From positions 2,720,001 to 2,784,000 of the forward strand of contig CAVXRD010000002.1 in the NCBI GenBank assembly GCA_963764165.1: a DNA stretch of 64,000 nt, read 5' to 3'. Below the pieces are notes generated by a model. The model had not been told where the DNA came from, searched no databases, and saw only the letters and a program-made list of their open reading frames with translations. Positions 29,252 through 39,298 of the stretch are shown here, piece by piece (position 1 is the first letter of the stretch; the number at the start of each line of letters is the position of its first letter). The position numbers and the translations under genes are program-made. The stretch comes from an uncultured Verrucomicrobiae bacterium (GTDB lineage: Bacteria; Verrucomicrobiota; Verrucomicrobiia; Limisphaerales; Palsa-1400).

Positions 29252-30532
29252 TTACGTTGCGGGCAAGTCCTCGAGCACTTCGATTTCATCGAGGCCAAAG
29301 AAAAATCGCTCCCCTGCCTGCGATGGCCAGGCGTTGCTCTTATCCGCCTGCGGCGCAAATACCAGCCCCAACAGCACACGCCCCTCGCCGTCTTCTTCGA
29401 TGGATTCAATGGTCGCGGTTTTTCCCGCGAGTTTTGAATCCATGATGGCAGTTTGCTCCGTTGGACGAATGCGAACGCAGTCGCCGGCCCGCAGATCCCG
29501 CCCTTGCGTCAGCACATTTCGCAATGGGGTGCAGGCGTTAAACAAGTCGCTATGCGTTTCGATTTCCGGCGCGCTCTGATCGTTGCTCCACAGGTCTGTG
29601 ATGTCGTCCACATGATGCAGCGCGGGAACTTCGCCTTCGGTCGCATGCACCCGCAACGCCAGCATTTCGTCTTCCCCCGAATCTCCTGCGAAATCAGAAA
29701 TCGATTCCGGCACAATCGGCGGGAAATCGCAAAGTATCACCGGCGACGACAACATGACGTCATGCCCAATCAACACGGGCCACGTCCCGATATTTTTGCA
29801 AAGCGCCGCAAAGGGCGCGAATTTCGCCGGGGGGTCCATCATCGAGCTGAAATGGGCGCCGAAAGATTGAAGGATGGCATGGGTCGAGGCAAAGGTGCGC
29901 ATCATCACAGCGTCCTTGTCACGGCATTGCGCTCCGGTTGTCGGAGTAAGATTCAGGATGCGCACGCTCACTTTGACCAAATCTGTTGCGAGCCGCTCGA
30001 TCTCCGTTTCCACCGCGCCTTCGATTGCCTCCTGGCGGCGCAAAATCGTGGAGCCATCGGTGCTCGGTTTGCCGCCGATTGGCTCCAGAAATCGCACCGC
30101 CGGAAAGGCGAATTTGAGAGTGGCGCGCTGCGATTTGTCGAGATTCTTGAGCGAGACTGGAATTCTCCGCTCCACCGCTTCGAGCCGCGTTTGGTAAGTC
30201 CGCCCGTCCACTTCCAATTCCGCCAGCGCGCGAAATGGAAACTCGGTCGAAACGTAACCCACATCGCGCCACATCGGCTGCAAGAACCGCACGGTGATAT
30301 CGAGCGCTGGGGAATCGTTGCGCAATTCCAGGAGGCACTCCGTTTGCTTCAGGCACGGCTCGTCCCCATAAGGAGATTCGCTGAAATCCTTCGGGCGGAC
30401 GCGTCCAAACGCAAAACCCTCGCGCCGGTTTTTTACCGCCGATGATTGATATGGATAAAGTGTGTAGCCGCCATAATGGACCGCATTGGCGATCTGCTCC
30501 ACTGTCGGCGGCATGGAATCCAGTTCAGGCAT
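29252..30532 (-). CDS. HhaC-like hypothetical protein of group 1h hydrogenase clusters (divergent)
   Basis: IANAVHYGGYTLYPY, CKNIGTWPVLIG, LSSPVIL, C-terminal RFFFGLDEIE. Confidence 0.6.
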   Translation of the reverse strand: MPELDSMPPTVEQIANAVHYGGYTLYPYQSSAVKNRREGFAFGRVRPKDFSESPYGDEPCLKQTECLLELRNDSPALDITVRFLQPMWRDVGYVSTEFPFRALAELEVDGRTYQTRLEAVERRIPVSLKNLDKSQRATLKFAFPAVRFLEPIGGKPSTDGSTILRRQEAIEGAVETEIERLATDLVKVSVRILNLTPTTGAQCRDKDAVMMRTFASTHAILQSFGAHFSSMMDPPAKFAPFAALCKNIGTWPVLIGHDVMLSSPVILCDFPPIVPESISDFAGDSGEDEMLALRVHATEGEVPALHHVDDITDLWSNDQSAPEIETHSDLFNACTPLRNVLTQGRDLRAGDCVRIRPTEQTAIMDSKLAGKTATIESIEEDGEGRVLLGLVFAPQADKSNAWPSQAGERFFFGLDEIEVLEDLPAT

Positions 30533-31181
30533 GAATCATTTCCGCGGACTCCGGCCCGCTCACTGTGGCTCGTTCGCGAAGAGAGGCAAAAAAACGATCG
30601 ATCTCGTGCCACATGCTTTCGCCGCCGGACAGCCCGCGCCAATGCAGGCGCATCAGGCCGGCCAGCTCGTAACAGGCGTCCATCGGCGTGATAAAACATT
30701 CCCGCGCGCCGCCGACGCGATTGACCAAAAGCGCCTCCACGTCCGGCTCCATTTCCGCCAGCTCTGGATTCTCCATTTCAAGCCGCTCCCAAAGTTCGCT
30801 GGTGAGCGGCGATTCCGTCGCGCCTGTGCGCGAAGGATAAAGCGCGACAACCTTTCCCGACGCGGTTTCGCGATAGAAAAAGGCGAGGTTGATCGGCATT
30901 GCAAAATCTTCCCACAGCGATTCCGGCAGCGCAAAGTCGGGCAGCAGCCTCGCGCCGCGTGGAATCAGCTTAAAGCGATCCCGCACGAGGTATTGAAATT
31001 TGCGGGCGCATGAGTCACACGAGCAGACCATCTTGCGGGTTGCCATTTCCAAAAGATGCCGGTGAACGCCCGGGACAGGCGTTTTGCAAAACTGGCAGCG
31101 CTCGATGGCCGCGCGCTGCTGGGCGATGCGCCGCATCAGGGCAACAGTGGCAAGATTTCGTGTGACAGCTTCGTAACTCAT
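30525..31181 (-). CDS. DUF5947 family (HhaA-like) protein
   Basis: ERCQFC..HRHL..CSCDSC, PINLAFF, YPSRTGATES, DACYELAG..WRGLSGG. Confidence 0.8.
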   Translation of the reverse strand: MSYEAVTRNLATVALMRRIAQQRAAIERCQFCKTPVPGVHRHLLEMATRKMVCSCDSCARKFQYLVRDRFKLIPRGARLLPDFALPESLWEDFAMPINLAFFYRETASGKVVALYPSRTGATESPLTSELWERLEMENPELAEMEPDVEALLVNRVGGARECFITPMDACYELAGLMRLHWRGLSGGESMWHEIDRFFASLRERATVSGPESAEMIHA

Positions 31182-31394
31182 TTTGAGCGCGGGTTAATTA
31201 TCCAGCAATTCCCCGCCGCACCTATTAGCACGAAGAATACCGCGAACGAGCACATTTATAACTATCTATGCGGCAGCGCTTTAGGTTTTATCCATTTCGC
31301 AGGGCGCATTCATTCTTGTTGCATCTTGCCAATCCAGCGCATGGCTTGTTGCAGAAAGCAACGGGAGTACACCCCATATCGTTTGACAGGCCTT

Positions 31395-31410
31395 TGGCAT
31401 GACCCTAGCT
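31395..31410 (+). promoter_or_regulatory. sigma54-type promoter (DUF3185 gene, possibly the act-cox operon)
   Basis: TGGCatgaccctAGCT, 13 nt before the ATG. Confidence 0.62.
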
Positions 31411-31423
31411 AAACGGAAAATCT

Positions 31424-31627
31424 ATGAAACAAATTGTAGGCATTGCATTGCTGGTCGTCGGAATCATCTGCTTGTGCATGGGATACGACTCCTATCACTC
31501 AGCCGCTTCCGGCGTTTCGCGTGTGGTCACGGGAACTTCCACGGACAAAACCCTCTGGCTTGTCGTTGGAGGCATTGCGGCTGCCGTCGTCGGACTGGGC
31601 AGTTTGCTCATGGGCCGGCGGGCGTAA
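31424..31627 (+). CDS. DUF3185 family small membrane protein
   Basis: Two TM helices; SGVSRVVTGTSTDKTLW. Confidence 0.82.
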   Translation: MKQIVGIALLVVGIICLCMGYDSYHSAASGVSRVVTGTSTDKTLWLVVGGIAAAVVGLGSLLMGRRA

Positions 31628-31694
31628 GGTCCGGCCTCGCCAATCGCAGGGCTGATCACCGCAGGCTGCGCGCGCCGCGCTTGCCGTTGACTCG

Positions 31695-32351
31695 ATGGCT
31701 CAATTATTCACGCCACGCGCCAACACCGTCGCCAGGGCAAGCATCCTGGGGGGTGGGTTGGCGGTCGTTTTTGCGGGCTGGGCGTGGGGCGAAATTTTTT
31801 GGTCGCCTTACACAACGCGCGTGAATGCGCCCTTGAGCCAGCCGGTTCCGTTCAGCCACCGCCATCATGCCGAACAACTCGGGATTGATTGCCGGTACTG
31901 CCACACTTCCGTGGAAAAATCGGCGTTCGCGGGACTGCCGGACACGGAAACGTGCATGACGTGCCATTCGCAATTATTCACGGATGCGCCTCTGCTCGCG
32001 CCGGTTCGGCAAAGCCTTGCCACCGGGCAGCCATTGAAATGGAATCGTGTCAATAAATTGCCGGATTTCGTTTTCTTTAATCACAGCATCCACGTTGCGA
32101 AGGGCATCGGCTGCGAGACGTGCCACGGGCCCGTCCACGAAATGACGATGACGTGGAAAGGCGAGACCCTCTATATGAAATGGTGCCTGCAATGCCATCG
32201 CCACCCGGAGGATTTCATCCGCCCTCATGGCGAGGTCTTTGATATGCATTGGCAACCGCCGCCAGACCAGGCGAGCCGGGGCGCGAAGCTGGTGGCCGAC
32301 AATCACATCAGTCGGCCCGAAATGACGGATTGCAGCCGATGCCACCGATGA
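31695..32351 (+). CDS. actA: Alternative complex III pentaheme cytochrome c
   Basis: QPVPFSH plus five CxxCH motifs. Confidence 0.92.
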   Translation: MAQLFTPRANTVARASILGGGLAVVFAGWAWGEIFWSPYTTRVNAPLSQPVPFSHRHHAEQLGIDCRYCHTSVEKSAFAGLPDTETCMTCHSQLFTDAPLLAPVRQSLATGQPLKWNRVNKLPDFVFFNHSIHVAKGIGCETCHGPVHEMTMTWKGETLYMKWCLQCHRHPEDFIRPHGEVFDMHWQPPPDQASRGAKLVADNHISRPEMTDCSRCHR

Positions 32352-35299
32352 ACGCCGCCGAATCATCTGGACCCCGTTATTGGCGAAGCCTTTCGGAATT
32401 GGCGCGCGGCAGGAATTCCGCGGATGGGGCGGCCGCCGAATTTGCCGAACCTTTCGAGCCGCCCGCCCGCGAATTTACCAGGCGGGACTTCCTGAAAATC
32501 GCGGGCTCCGCCATGGCGCTGAGTGGCTTGAGCGCCTGCACGCGGGAGCCAGTGCATCCGATTGTGCCTTACGTCAAACGGCCTGAGGAATTGATTCCCG
32601 GCCGTCCGCTGCATTACGCGACAGCAATGCCCTTCAACGGCTTCGCCACGGGCCTGCTGGTGGAAAGTCACGAAGGCCATCCCACGAAAATCGAGGGCAA
32701 TCCCAACCACCCTTCGAGCCTCGGCGCAACGGGGATTTTTCAGCAAGCGGCGCTGTTGGATCTTTACGATCCGGATCGCCCTCGAACGGTGACCGAAGCG
32801 GGCCGCACAAGCAATTACCCATCGTTCCTGGCGGAGCTCGAGAACGCGATGCGTGAGCAACGCGCACGTCGCGGCGCCGGGTTGCGCATCCTGACACAAG
32901 GCGCTTGTTCTCCGACAATGGCGGCGCAGTTGGACGAATTGCGGCGCCAGTTTCCCGAAGCCCGTTGGCATCAATTCGAGCCTTTGGCGCGTGACAATAC
33001 CCTGGAAGGCGCGCGACTGGCTTTCGGCAAGGCCGTCGAAGCGCGCTACCATCTTGATCGCGCCCGCGTCGTCCTCTCGCTGGACTCGGACTTTCTATTC
33101 GCGCACCCGGATTGCCTCGCCTTGACGCGCCGATTCGCCGATGGGCGCAGAATCGCGGCGCAGGGGGGCGATGCCAATCGCCTTTACGTGATGGAGCCGA
33201 CACCTTCCCTCACAGGCTCGGTGGCGGACCATCGGATTCCCGCGACGTCGGGGGAAATTGAAATACTGGCGCGTGCCTTGGCGGTGGAATTGGGTGTGAC
33301 CGCCGCGAATCCCTCGCGACCGCTTGCCGCGAAAGTTGAGAAATGGCTTCACGCGTTGACGGAAGATTTAAAACAAGCCCAAGGAGCTTGCGCTGTCATA
33401 GCAGGCGAGCCGCAGCCACCCACGATTCATGCCCTGGCGCATCTCATCAACACCAAACTGGGTGCGGTCGGGAAGACCGTGGAATACACACGCTCCGCTC
33501 AGGCTAAATGGGTCAATCATCGCCAATCGATTCAGGAATTGCGCGGCGATTTGGAAAAGGGGATTGTGGAATGCCTCATCATCATCGGCGGCAATCCTGT
33601 ATTTGACGCACCCGCCGAATTGCAATGGGCTCGGTGGCTGGAACGTGTCAAGATGAGTATCCATCTCCACACGGATTTCAACGAGACTTCAGCCCAATGC
33701 CAGTGGCACGTTCCCGAATCGCACTTTCTCGAAGCATGGGGCGATGCGCGCGCGTTCGATGGCACGGCATCAGTCATTCAGCCGCTGATCGCGCCGCTCT
33801 ATGAGAGCAAGACGGCGCACGAAGTTCTTCACGCCGCCATTCACAGCGAAGTTTGGAGCGACTACGACATTGTGCGGGCTCATTGGCGCTCGCAAATCCA
33901 AGAACCGGATTTTGAAAATGCGTGGCGCAGGATTTTGCACGATGGGGTGGTGGAGGGTTCGGCCTTCGCTCCTGTTTCCATTCAGCCAAACAGCAGCGCC
34001 GCTATGGATTCGGCAGCCATCGGGAGTTCCGAAAAGGTGGAACTTCTTTTCCGACCAGACCCGACCATTTGGGATGGGCGATTCGCCAATAATGGATGGC
34101 TTCAGGAAGCTCCCAAACCTTTCAGCAAAGTGACGTGGGATAATCCGGCGCTAATAAGCCCGGCTCTCGCGCAGCGCCTTCAATTGGAATCTGGCGACAT
34201 CGTGGAACTGCGGTTGAAAGACGCGTCATTAGCCGCGCCCGTCTGGATTACGCCAGGGCAGGCGGAGAACAGCGTCACGGTCCATTTGGGAAATGGCCGG
34301 ACGCGAGTTGGGTCGGTTGGAAAAAATGTGGGCGTGAATGGTTATCCACTTCGCTCTTTGGCAAATTATTGGGCCGGGCCCGGTTTGGAAATCGTCAAAA
34401 CAGGCCGGCGCGCAACGCTGGCCAGCACGCAGCATATGCACAATGTCGAAGGCCGCGACATTATCCGCACCAGCACGCTGTTGCAATTTCGCGCCGATCA
34501 CGATGCCACAAAAAAAGGCCGCGAACCGGAGCCCGCTGCCGCTGACACGCTTTACAACGCCAACGAGTTCAAAATCCGCCAGGACGCATGGGGCATGGCG
34601 ATTGACTTGAACGCGTGCATCGGCTGCAACGCCTGCGCGCTCGCGTGTCAGGCGGAAAATAATATTCCGGTGGTGGGCAAGGAGCAAGTCGCGGCGGGAC
34701 GCGACATGGCGTGGATACGCATCGATCAGTATTTTGAGGGGCCGGCCGAAAATCCCCGCGTGCATCATCAACCCGTGCCGTGCATGCATTGCGAGAACGC
34801 GCCGTGCGAACTCGTCTGTCCCGTGGGCGCAACGCTGCACGACCACGAAGGATTGAATTTGCAGGTTTACAATCGCTGCGTCGGCACGCGTTATTGCTCG
34901 AACAATTGCCCCTACAAAGTTCGCCGCTTCAATTTCTTTCGTTACTCGGATTTCGAAACGCCGAGCCTCAAGTCGATGCGGAATCCGAATGTGACCGTGC
35001 GCTGGCGGGGCGTGATGGAGAAATGCACTTACTGCATCCAGCGCATCAGCGCGGCCAGAATCGCGGCGGAAATTGAGAATCGTCCGATTCGTGATGGCGA
35101 GATCAAAACGGCCTGTCAACAAGTTTGCCCCGCCCGCGCCATCACCTTCGGGAACATTGACGATTCGGCCACGGAAGTTTCGAAATGGAAGGGGTCGCCG
35201 CTGAACTACGCGATGCTCGGCGAATTGAACACGCGCCCGCGCACGACGTATCTCGCGCGCCTGCGCAATCCCCATCCGAAACTGGAGGGCGAGGCGTGA
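32348..35299 (+). CDS. actB: Alternative complex III ActB (molybdopterin-oxidoreductase-like plus Fe-S domains)
   Basis: YWRSL, TRRDFLK, KIEGNPNHP, Fe-S Cys clusters, GVMEKCTYC. Confidence 0.93.
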   Translation: MNAAESSGPRYWRSLSELARGRNSADGAAAEFAEPFEPPAREFTRRDFLKIAGSAMALSGLSACTREPVHPIVPYVKRPEELIPGRPLHYATAMPFNGFATGLLVESHEGHPTKIEGNPNHPSSLGATGIFQQAALLDLYDPDRPRTVTEAGRTSNYPSFLAELENAMREQRARRGAGLRILTQGACSPTMAAQLDELRRQFPEARWHQFEPLARDNTLEGARLAFGKAVEARYHLDRARVVLSLDSDFLFAHPDCLALTRRFADGRRIAAQGGDANRLYVMEPTPSLTGSVADHRIPATSGEIEILARALAVELGVTAANPSRPLAAKVEKWLHALTEDLKQAQGACAVIAGEPQPPTIHALAHLINTKLGAVGKTVEYTRSAQAKWVNHRQSIQELRGDLEKGIVECLIIIGGNPVFDAPAELQWARWLERVKMSIHLHTDFNETSAQCQWHVPESHFLEAWGDARAFDGTASVIQPLIAPLYESKTAHEVLHAAIHSEVWSDYDIVRAHWRSQIQEPDFENAWRRILHDGVVEGSAFAPVSIQPNSSAAMDSAAIGSSEKVELLFRPDPTIWDGRFANNGWLQEAPKPFSKVTWDNPALISPALAQRLQLESGDIVELRLKDASLAAPVWITPGQAENSVTVHLGNGRTRVGSVGKNVGVNGYPLRSLANYWAGPGLEIVKTGRRATLASTQHMHNVEGRDIIRTSTLLQFRADHDATKKGREPEPAAADTLYNANEFKIRQDAWGMAIDLNACIGCNACALACQAENNIPVVGKEQVAAGRDMAWIRIDQYFEGPAENPRVHHQPVPCMHCENAPCELVCPVGATLHDHEGLNLQVYNRCVGTRYCSNNCPYKVRRFNFFRYSDFETPSLKSMRNPNVTVRWRGVMEKCTYCIQRISAARIAAEIENRPIRDGEIKTACQQVCPARAITFGNIDDSATEVSKWKGSPLNYAMLGELNTRPRTTYLARLRNPHPKLEGEA

Positions 35300-36678
35300 A
35301 CGAAATCGAATCAGGACCACCGACAAAGCTGGGATACCCGTCGCGGTTCATCGGCCCGGGAGAGAATTACGGGTCTGTCACAGATAAAATCGGCTCCATT
35401 GTGCTCCATCACCCGCGACCCAAGACGTGGTGGATCAGTTTCGCCGTGGCGTTTTCGCTGCTGATGATGTTTCTGCTGGCCGTCTCTGTGTTGCTGCTGC
35501 GAGGGATTGGAGTTTGGGGAGTCAACGTGCCGGTGGCGTGGGGCTTTGCCATTGTCAATTTCGTCTGGTGGATTGGGATTGGGCACGCCGGGACATTTAT
35601 CTCGGCCATTTTGCTGCTGCTGCATCAGCAATGGCGAACCTCCATCAATCGCTTGACAGAGGCGATGACGCTTTTTGCGGTCGCGTGCGCGGGAATGTTT
35701 CCGCTGCTCCACCTTGGACGGCCATGGCTGTTTTATTGGCTGCTGCCTTACCCGGATACGATGGGGCTTTGGCCGCAATTTCGCAGTCCGCTGGTCTGGG
35801 ACGTCTTCGCTGTCAGCACTTATTTCACGGTGTCGCTGATCTTCTGGTATTCAGGATTGCTGCCGGATGTGGCGACCTTGCGCGACCGCGCGAAAACGCG
35901 GCTGGGCCAGATGTTCTACGGAATTCTCGCCATGGGCTGGCGCGGCTCGGCGGCCCATTGGCAGCGCCAGCAAACCGCCTACCTGCTGCTGGCCGGTCTG
36001 GCGACACCGCTCGTGCTGAGCGTCCACAGCGTGGTGAGTTTCGATTTCGCGGTGGCGATGGTGCCGGGCTGGCACTCGACCATTTTTCCGCCGTATTTCG
36101 TGGCAGGCGCAATTTATTCGGGATTCGCCATGGTGCTTAATATCGTGATTCCACTGCGCAAGCTTTATGGATTGCAGAGCCTCATCACGCAGCGCCACTT
36201 GAACAACATGGCCAATGTCATGTTCGCCACCGGCATGATGGTGGCCTACGGCTATTTGATGGAGGCCTTCATGGCCTGGTACAGCGGGGATGTCTTCGAC
36301 GAATACATGATGGCAAATCGCGCCTTCGGCCCCTACGGCTGGATTTTCTGGGCGCTCATGCTGTTCAACGTGCTCATCCCGCAGGCTCTCTGGTCGCGTC
36401 GTGTGCGGACCACACCGCTTTTCCTTTTTATCGTCGCTCTTTTCATCAACGCCGGAATGTGGATCGAGCGCTTCGTCATCGTCGTCACCAGTTTGCATCG
36501 CGATTTCGTGCCGTCGTCGTGGGGGATGTACACGCCGACGAAATGGGATTGGATGACGCTGGCAGGCAGCGTGGGATTGTTCTTGACGCTGCTGTTCATC
36601 TTCCTGCGATTGCTGCCTGCCATTTCGATGAGCGAAGTCCGCGCGCTGATCGCCGAAAAACAGGAGGCCAAGCCATGA
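35296..36678 (+). CDS. actC: Alternative complex III ActC (NrfD family)
   Basis: NFVWWIGIGHAGT, SPLVWDVFAV, PLVLSVHS, PPYFVAGA. Confidence 0.94.
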   Translation: MNEIESGPPTKLGYPSRFIGPGENYGSVTDKIGSIVLHHPRPKTWWISFAVAFSLLMMFLLAVSVLLLRGIGVWGVNVPVAWGFAIVNFVWWIGIGHAGTFISAILLLLHQQWRTSINRLTEAMTLFAVACAGMFPLLHLGRPWLFYWLLPYPDTMGLWPQFRSPLVWDVFAVSTYFTVSLIFWYSGLLPDVATLRDRAKTRLGQMFYGILAMGWRGSAAHWQRQQTAYLLLAGLATPLVLSVHSVVSFDFAVAMVPGWHSTIFPPYFVAGAIYSGFAMVLNIVIPLRKLYGLQSLITQRHLNNMANVMFATGMMVAYGYLMEAFMAWYSGDVFDEYMMANRAFGPYGWIFWALMLFNVLIPQALWSRRVRTTPLFLFIVALFINAGMWIERFVIVVTSLHRDFVPSSWGMYTPTKWDWMTLAGSVGLFLTLLFIFLRLLPAISMSEVRALIAEKQEAKP

Positions 36679-37208
36679 AACCGGCGCTGGCAGGCCTGAT
36701 GGCGGGATTTGAAACGCACGAGGAATTGCTTCGCGCCGCGCACGAAGCTCGCGCCAGCGGATTTCGCGACATGGACGCCTATTCGCCGTTTCCCGTCGAG
36801 GGATTGGCCGAGGCTCTCGGGCGCAAAGGGTCCATCATTCCATTTCTGGTGTTGTGCGGCGGAATGACGGGGGGTGTGGGCGGATATTTCATGCAATGGT
36901 ATGCCAGCACCATCGATTATCCGGTAAATATCGGCGGGCGTCCGCTCCATAGCTGGCCCTCGTTCATCCCGATCACATTCGAATTGACGGTGCTGTGCGC
37001 GGCGTTGACGGCGATTGTCTCGATGATCGCTCTGAATCGCCTGCCGCAGCCGCATCACCCCGTTTTCAACGTGCCGGAATTTGCGCGCGCCTCGACGGAT
37101 CGATTTTTCCTCTGCATCGAATCGAGCGATGCGAAGTTCGATATCGCGGCAACGCGGACTTTTTTGGAACGATTGAATCCGTTTATGATCGCGGAGGTGC
37201 CGGCGTGA
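36675..37208 (+). CDS. actD: Alternative complex III ActD (DUF3341)
   Basis: DAYSPFPVEG, NIGGRP, FIPITFEL. Confidence 0.9.
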   Translation: MKPALAGLMAGFETHEELLRAAHEARASGFRDMDAYSPFPVEGLAEALGRKGSIIPFLVLCGGMTGGVGGYFMQWYASTIDYPVNIGGRPLHSWPSFIPITFELTVLCAALTAIVSMIALNRLPQPHHPVFNVPEFARASTDRFFLCIESSDAKFDIAATRTFLERLNPFMIAEVPA

Positions 37209-37780
37209 AGTGGAGCGTGCCAATCGTTGTCTGCGCGATGTCGATGCTGTTCAACGGCTGCCGCCGCGAAATGTACGATCAGCCGCGCGGCGACCCGCTG
37301 AAGAGCAGCGATTTCTTTTCCGACGGCGCGGCCTCGCGGCCTTTGCCAGCGCATGCCGTTGCGCAGGAGAATTTTCATACGAACATTTCTTATGACACTG
37401 GCCGGATCGGCACCAATTATTTGACACAAATGCCGTTCCCGGTCACGCGTACGGTTTTGGAGCGGGGACAGGATCGTTTTAACATTTATTGTTCGGAATG
37501 CCATGGCCGGACTGGAGACGGCCACGGCATGATCGTGCAGCGAGGATTTCCGGCGCCGCCGGATTTCACCATCGACCGTCTTCGTGAAAAGCCACCTGGA
37601 TATTTCTACGACGTGATGACGCGCGGTTATGGCGTGATGTTCTCCTACGCCAATCGCGTTGATTCCGATGACCGATGGGCTATCGCCGCATATATCGGCG
37701 TTCTGCAATTGAGCCGGCACGCCGCGCTGGCGGACGTCCCGCCTGCCGAACGCTCAACATTGGAGGCGCAAGCAAAATGA
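37205..37780 (+). CDS. actE: Alternative complex III monoheme cytochrome c lipoprotein
   Basis: Lipobox-like FNGC, MYDQP, CSECH. Confidence 0.9.
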   Translation: MKWSVPIVVCAMSMLFNGCRREMYDQPRGDPLKSSDFFSDGAASRPLPAHAVAQENFHTNISYDTGRIGTNYLTQMPFPVTRTVLERGQDRFNIYCSECHGRTGDGHGMIVQRGFPAPPDFTIDRLREKPPGYFYDVMTRGYGVMFSYANRVDSDDRWAIAAYIGVLQLSRHAALADVPPAERSTLEAQAK

Positions 37781-38946
37781 ACAGCGTTCTGCTCGCACGA
37801 ACCAACCGCCTTCAATCCGCGGCCTTCTTCGCCGGAATCGCCGGATTGCTGGCCTGCGGCGTTGGCGCGTTCGTCAACACGCGGCAATTTTTCATTTCTT
37901 ATCTCTTTGCCATTCTCTTCTGGCTTGGCCTCTCGCTTGGCTGCTTGTGTGTGGCAATGATTCATCACCTCACCAGCGGACGGTGGGGCGATGTCACGAG
38001 GCGATTCATGGAAGCCGGTTACATGACGCTGCCGGCGATGGGAATTTTATTTCTGCCGTTGTTCGCCGGACTGCGGCAGCTCTACGAATGGGCGGGGCCG
38101 GATGGAGTGGCCCACATTCCCGCGCTTGCTTTCAAGGCGCATTATCTGAATGTGACTGGCTTCGCCATTCGGGCGGTAGTCATTTTTGCTGTGTGGATAT
38201 GGATGGCGTTGTCGCTGCGAAAATGGTCGCGGCAACAGGACGAAACAACGGATGTCGCGCCAACGCAGCGGGCAAGATCACTGAGCGGCCCCGGCGTCAT
38301 AATTTATGCGCTAACGGTCACCTTCGCGTGGATTGATTGGCTGATGTCGCTGGAGCCGGATTGGTATTCAACGATGGCCGCGATCATCGTTTGCGCGGGG
38401 CAAATTCTGGCGACTTTTGCGCTCGTCATCATCATGCTCGCTTGGTTCCGCGACCAGCCGCCATTTGCCGAGGTGGCAGAAGAAGGGCAGTTTCACCAAC
38501 TTGGAAATTTCCTGCTCACGTTCGTGATGTTCTGGACATACGTGTGCTTTGGGCAACTGCTCATCATTTGGAGCGGCAATTTGCCGAAGGAAATCGGCTG
38601 GTACCTTCACCGCATTGCGGGCGGGTGGAAATGGGTGGCAAGCTTCCTCGCGCTGTTTAATTTTTTCCTGCCGTTTTTCCTGCTCCTATTCCGCGCTTCC
38701 AAAAGGAAGCCGCAGGCGCTCCGCGCATTGGCAGGGATCGTCTTTGTCTGTCAACTGATCAATTCATGGTGGCTGGTCGAACCGTCCTTTTTCAAGACCG
38801 GTTTGCACATTCACTGGCTGGATTTTGTGGCGCCCGTCGGCGTTGGCGGAATGTGGCTGGCCGCTTTCGCGGCGCAATTGAAACGCGCGCCGCTGCTCAC
38901 GCAAAACGATCCCAGAATTTCCTACGTTTTCGCCCATGCAAAATAA
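37777..38946 (+). CDS. actF: Alternative complex III ActF
   Basis: Multiple TM helices; DWLMSLEPDWYST, IIWSGNLPKE. Confidence 0.9.
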   Translation: MNSVLLARTNRLQSAAFFAGIAGLLACGVGAFVNTRQFFISYLFAILFWLGLSLGCLCVAMIHHLTSGRWGDVTRRFMEAGYMTLPAMGILFLPLFAGLRQLYEWAGPDGVAHIPALAFKAHYLNVTGFAIRAVVIFAVWIWMALSLRKWSRQQDETTDVAPTQRARSLSGPGVIIYALTVTFAWIDWLMSLEPDWYSTMAAIIVCAGQILATFALVIIMLAWFRDQPPFAEVAEEGQFHQLGNFLLTFVMFWTYVCFGQLLIIWSGNLPKEIGWYLHRIAGGWKWVASFLALFNFFLPFFLLLFRASKRKPQALRALAGIVFVCQLINSWWLVEPSFFKTGLHIHWLDFVAPVGVGGMWLAAFAAQLKRAPLLTQNDPRISYVFAHAK

Positions 38947-39298
38947 CGACATCAACTTCAAAGGAATTCTCATTTTCCTCGGCGTACTCACCGTGACGCT
39001 CGTGGTGGTTTACGCCACCGTTGCCGGCATGTCGCGCCGTTTTGAGAATCGCGCGGCGCGAGGTGACGAAGCCGTTCTGAGCAAGTCGCCACCTCGCTCC
39101 GTCAGCGCGAACGTTCCGTATTTTCCGGGTCCGCGTGAACAGCCGAATCCAATAGTCGATTTGCAAGCCTTGCGCGCCCGCGAGGATGCAGAAATTACAA
39201 ATTACGGCTGGATCAACCGAACCAGCGGCATTGTGCGCATTCCGATTGCACGGGCGATGGAACTTGTCCTGGCGAAACAACAGGAGGCTCATCCATGA
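38936..39298 (+). CDS. ActG-like small membrane protein
   Basis: One TM helix; YGWINRTSGIVRIPIARAM. Confidence 0.75.
   Translation: MQNNDINFKGILIFLGVLTVTLVVVYATVAGMSRRFENRAARGDEAVLSKSPPRSVSANVPYFPGPREQPNPIVDLQALRAREDAEITNYGWINRTSGIVRIPIARAMELVLAKQQEAHP

Noticed and set aside
31204..31219. sigma54-like motif upstream of the DUF5947 gene
   Set aside because: GG-to-GC spacing is one base short of the strict requirement.
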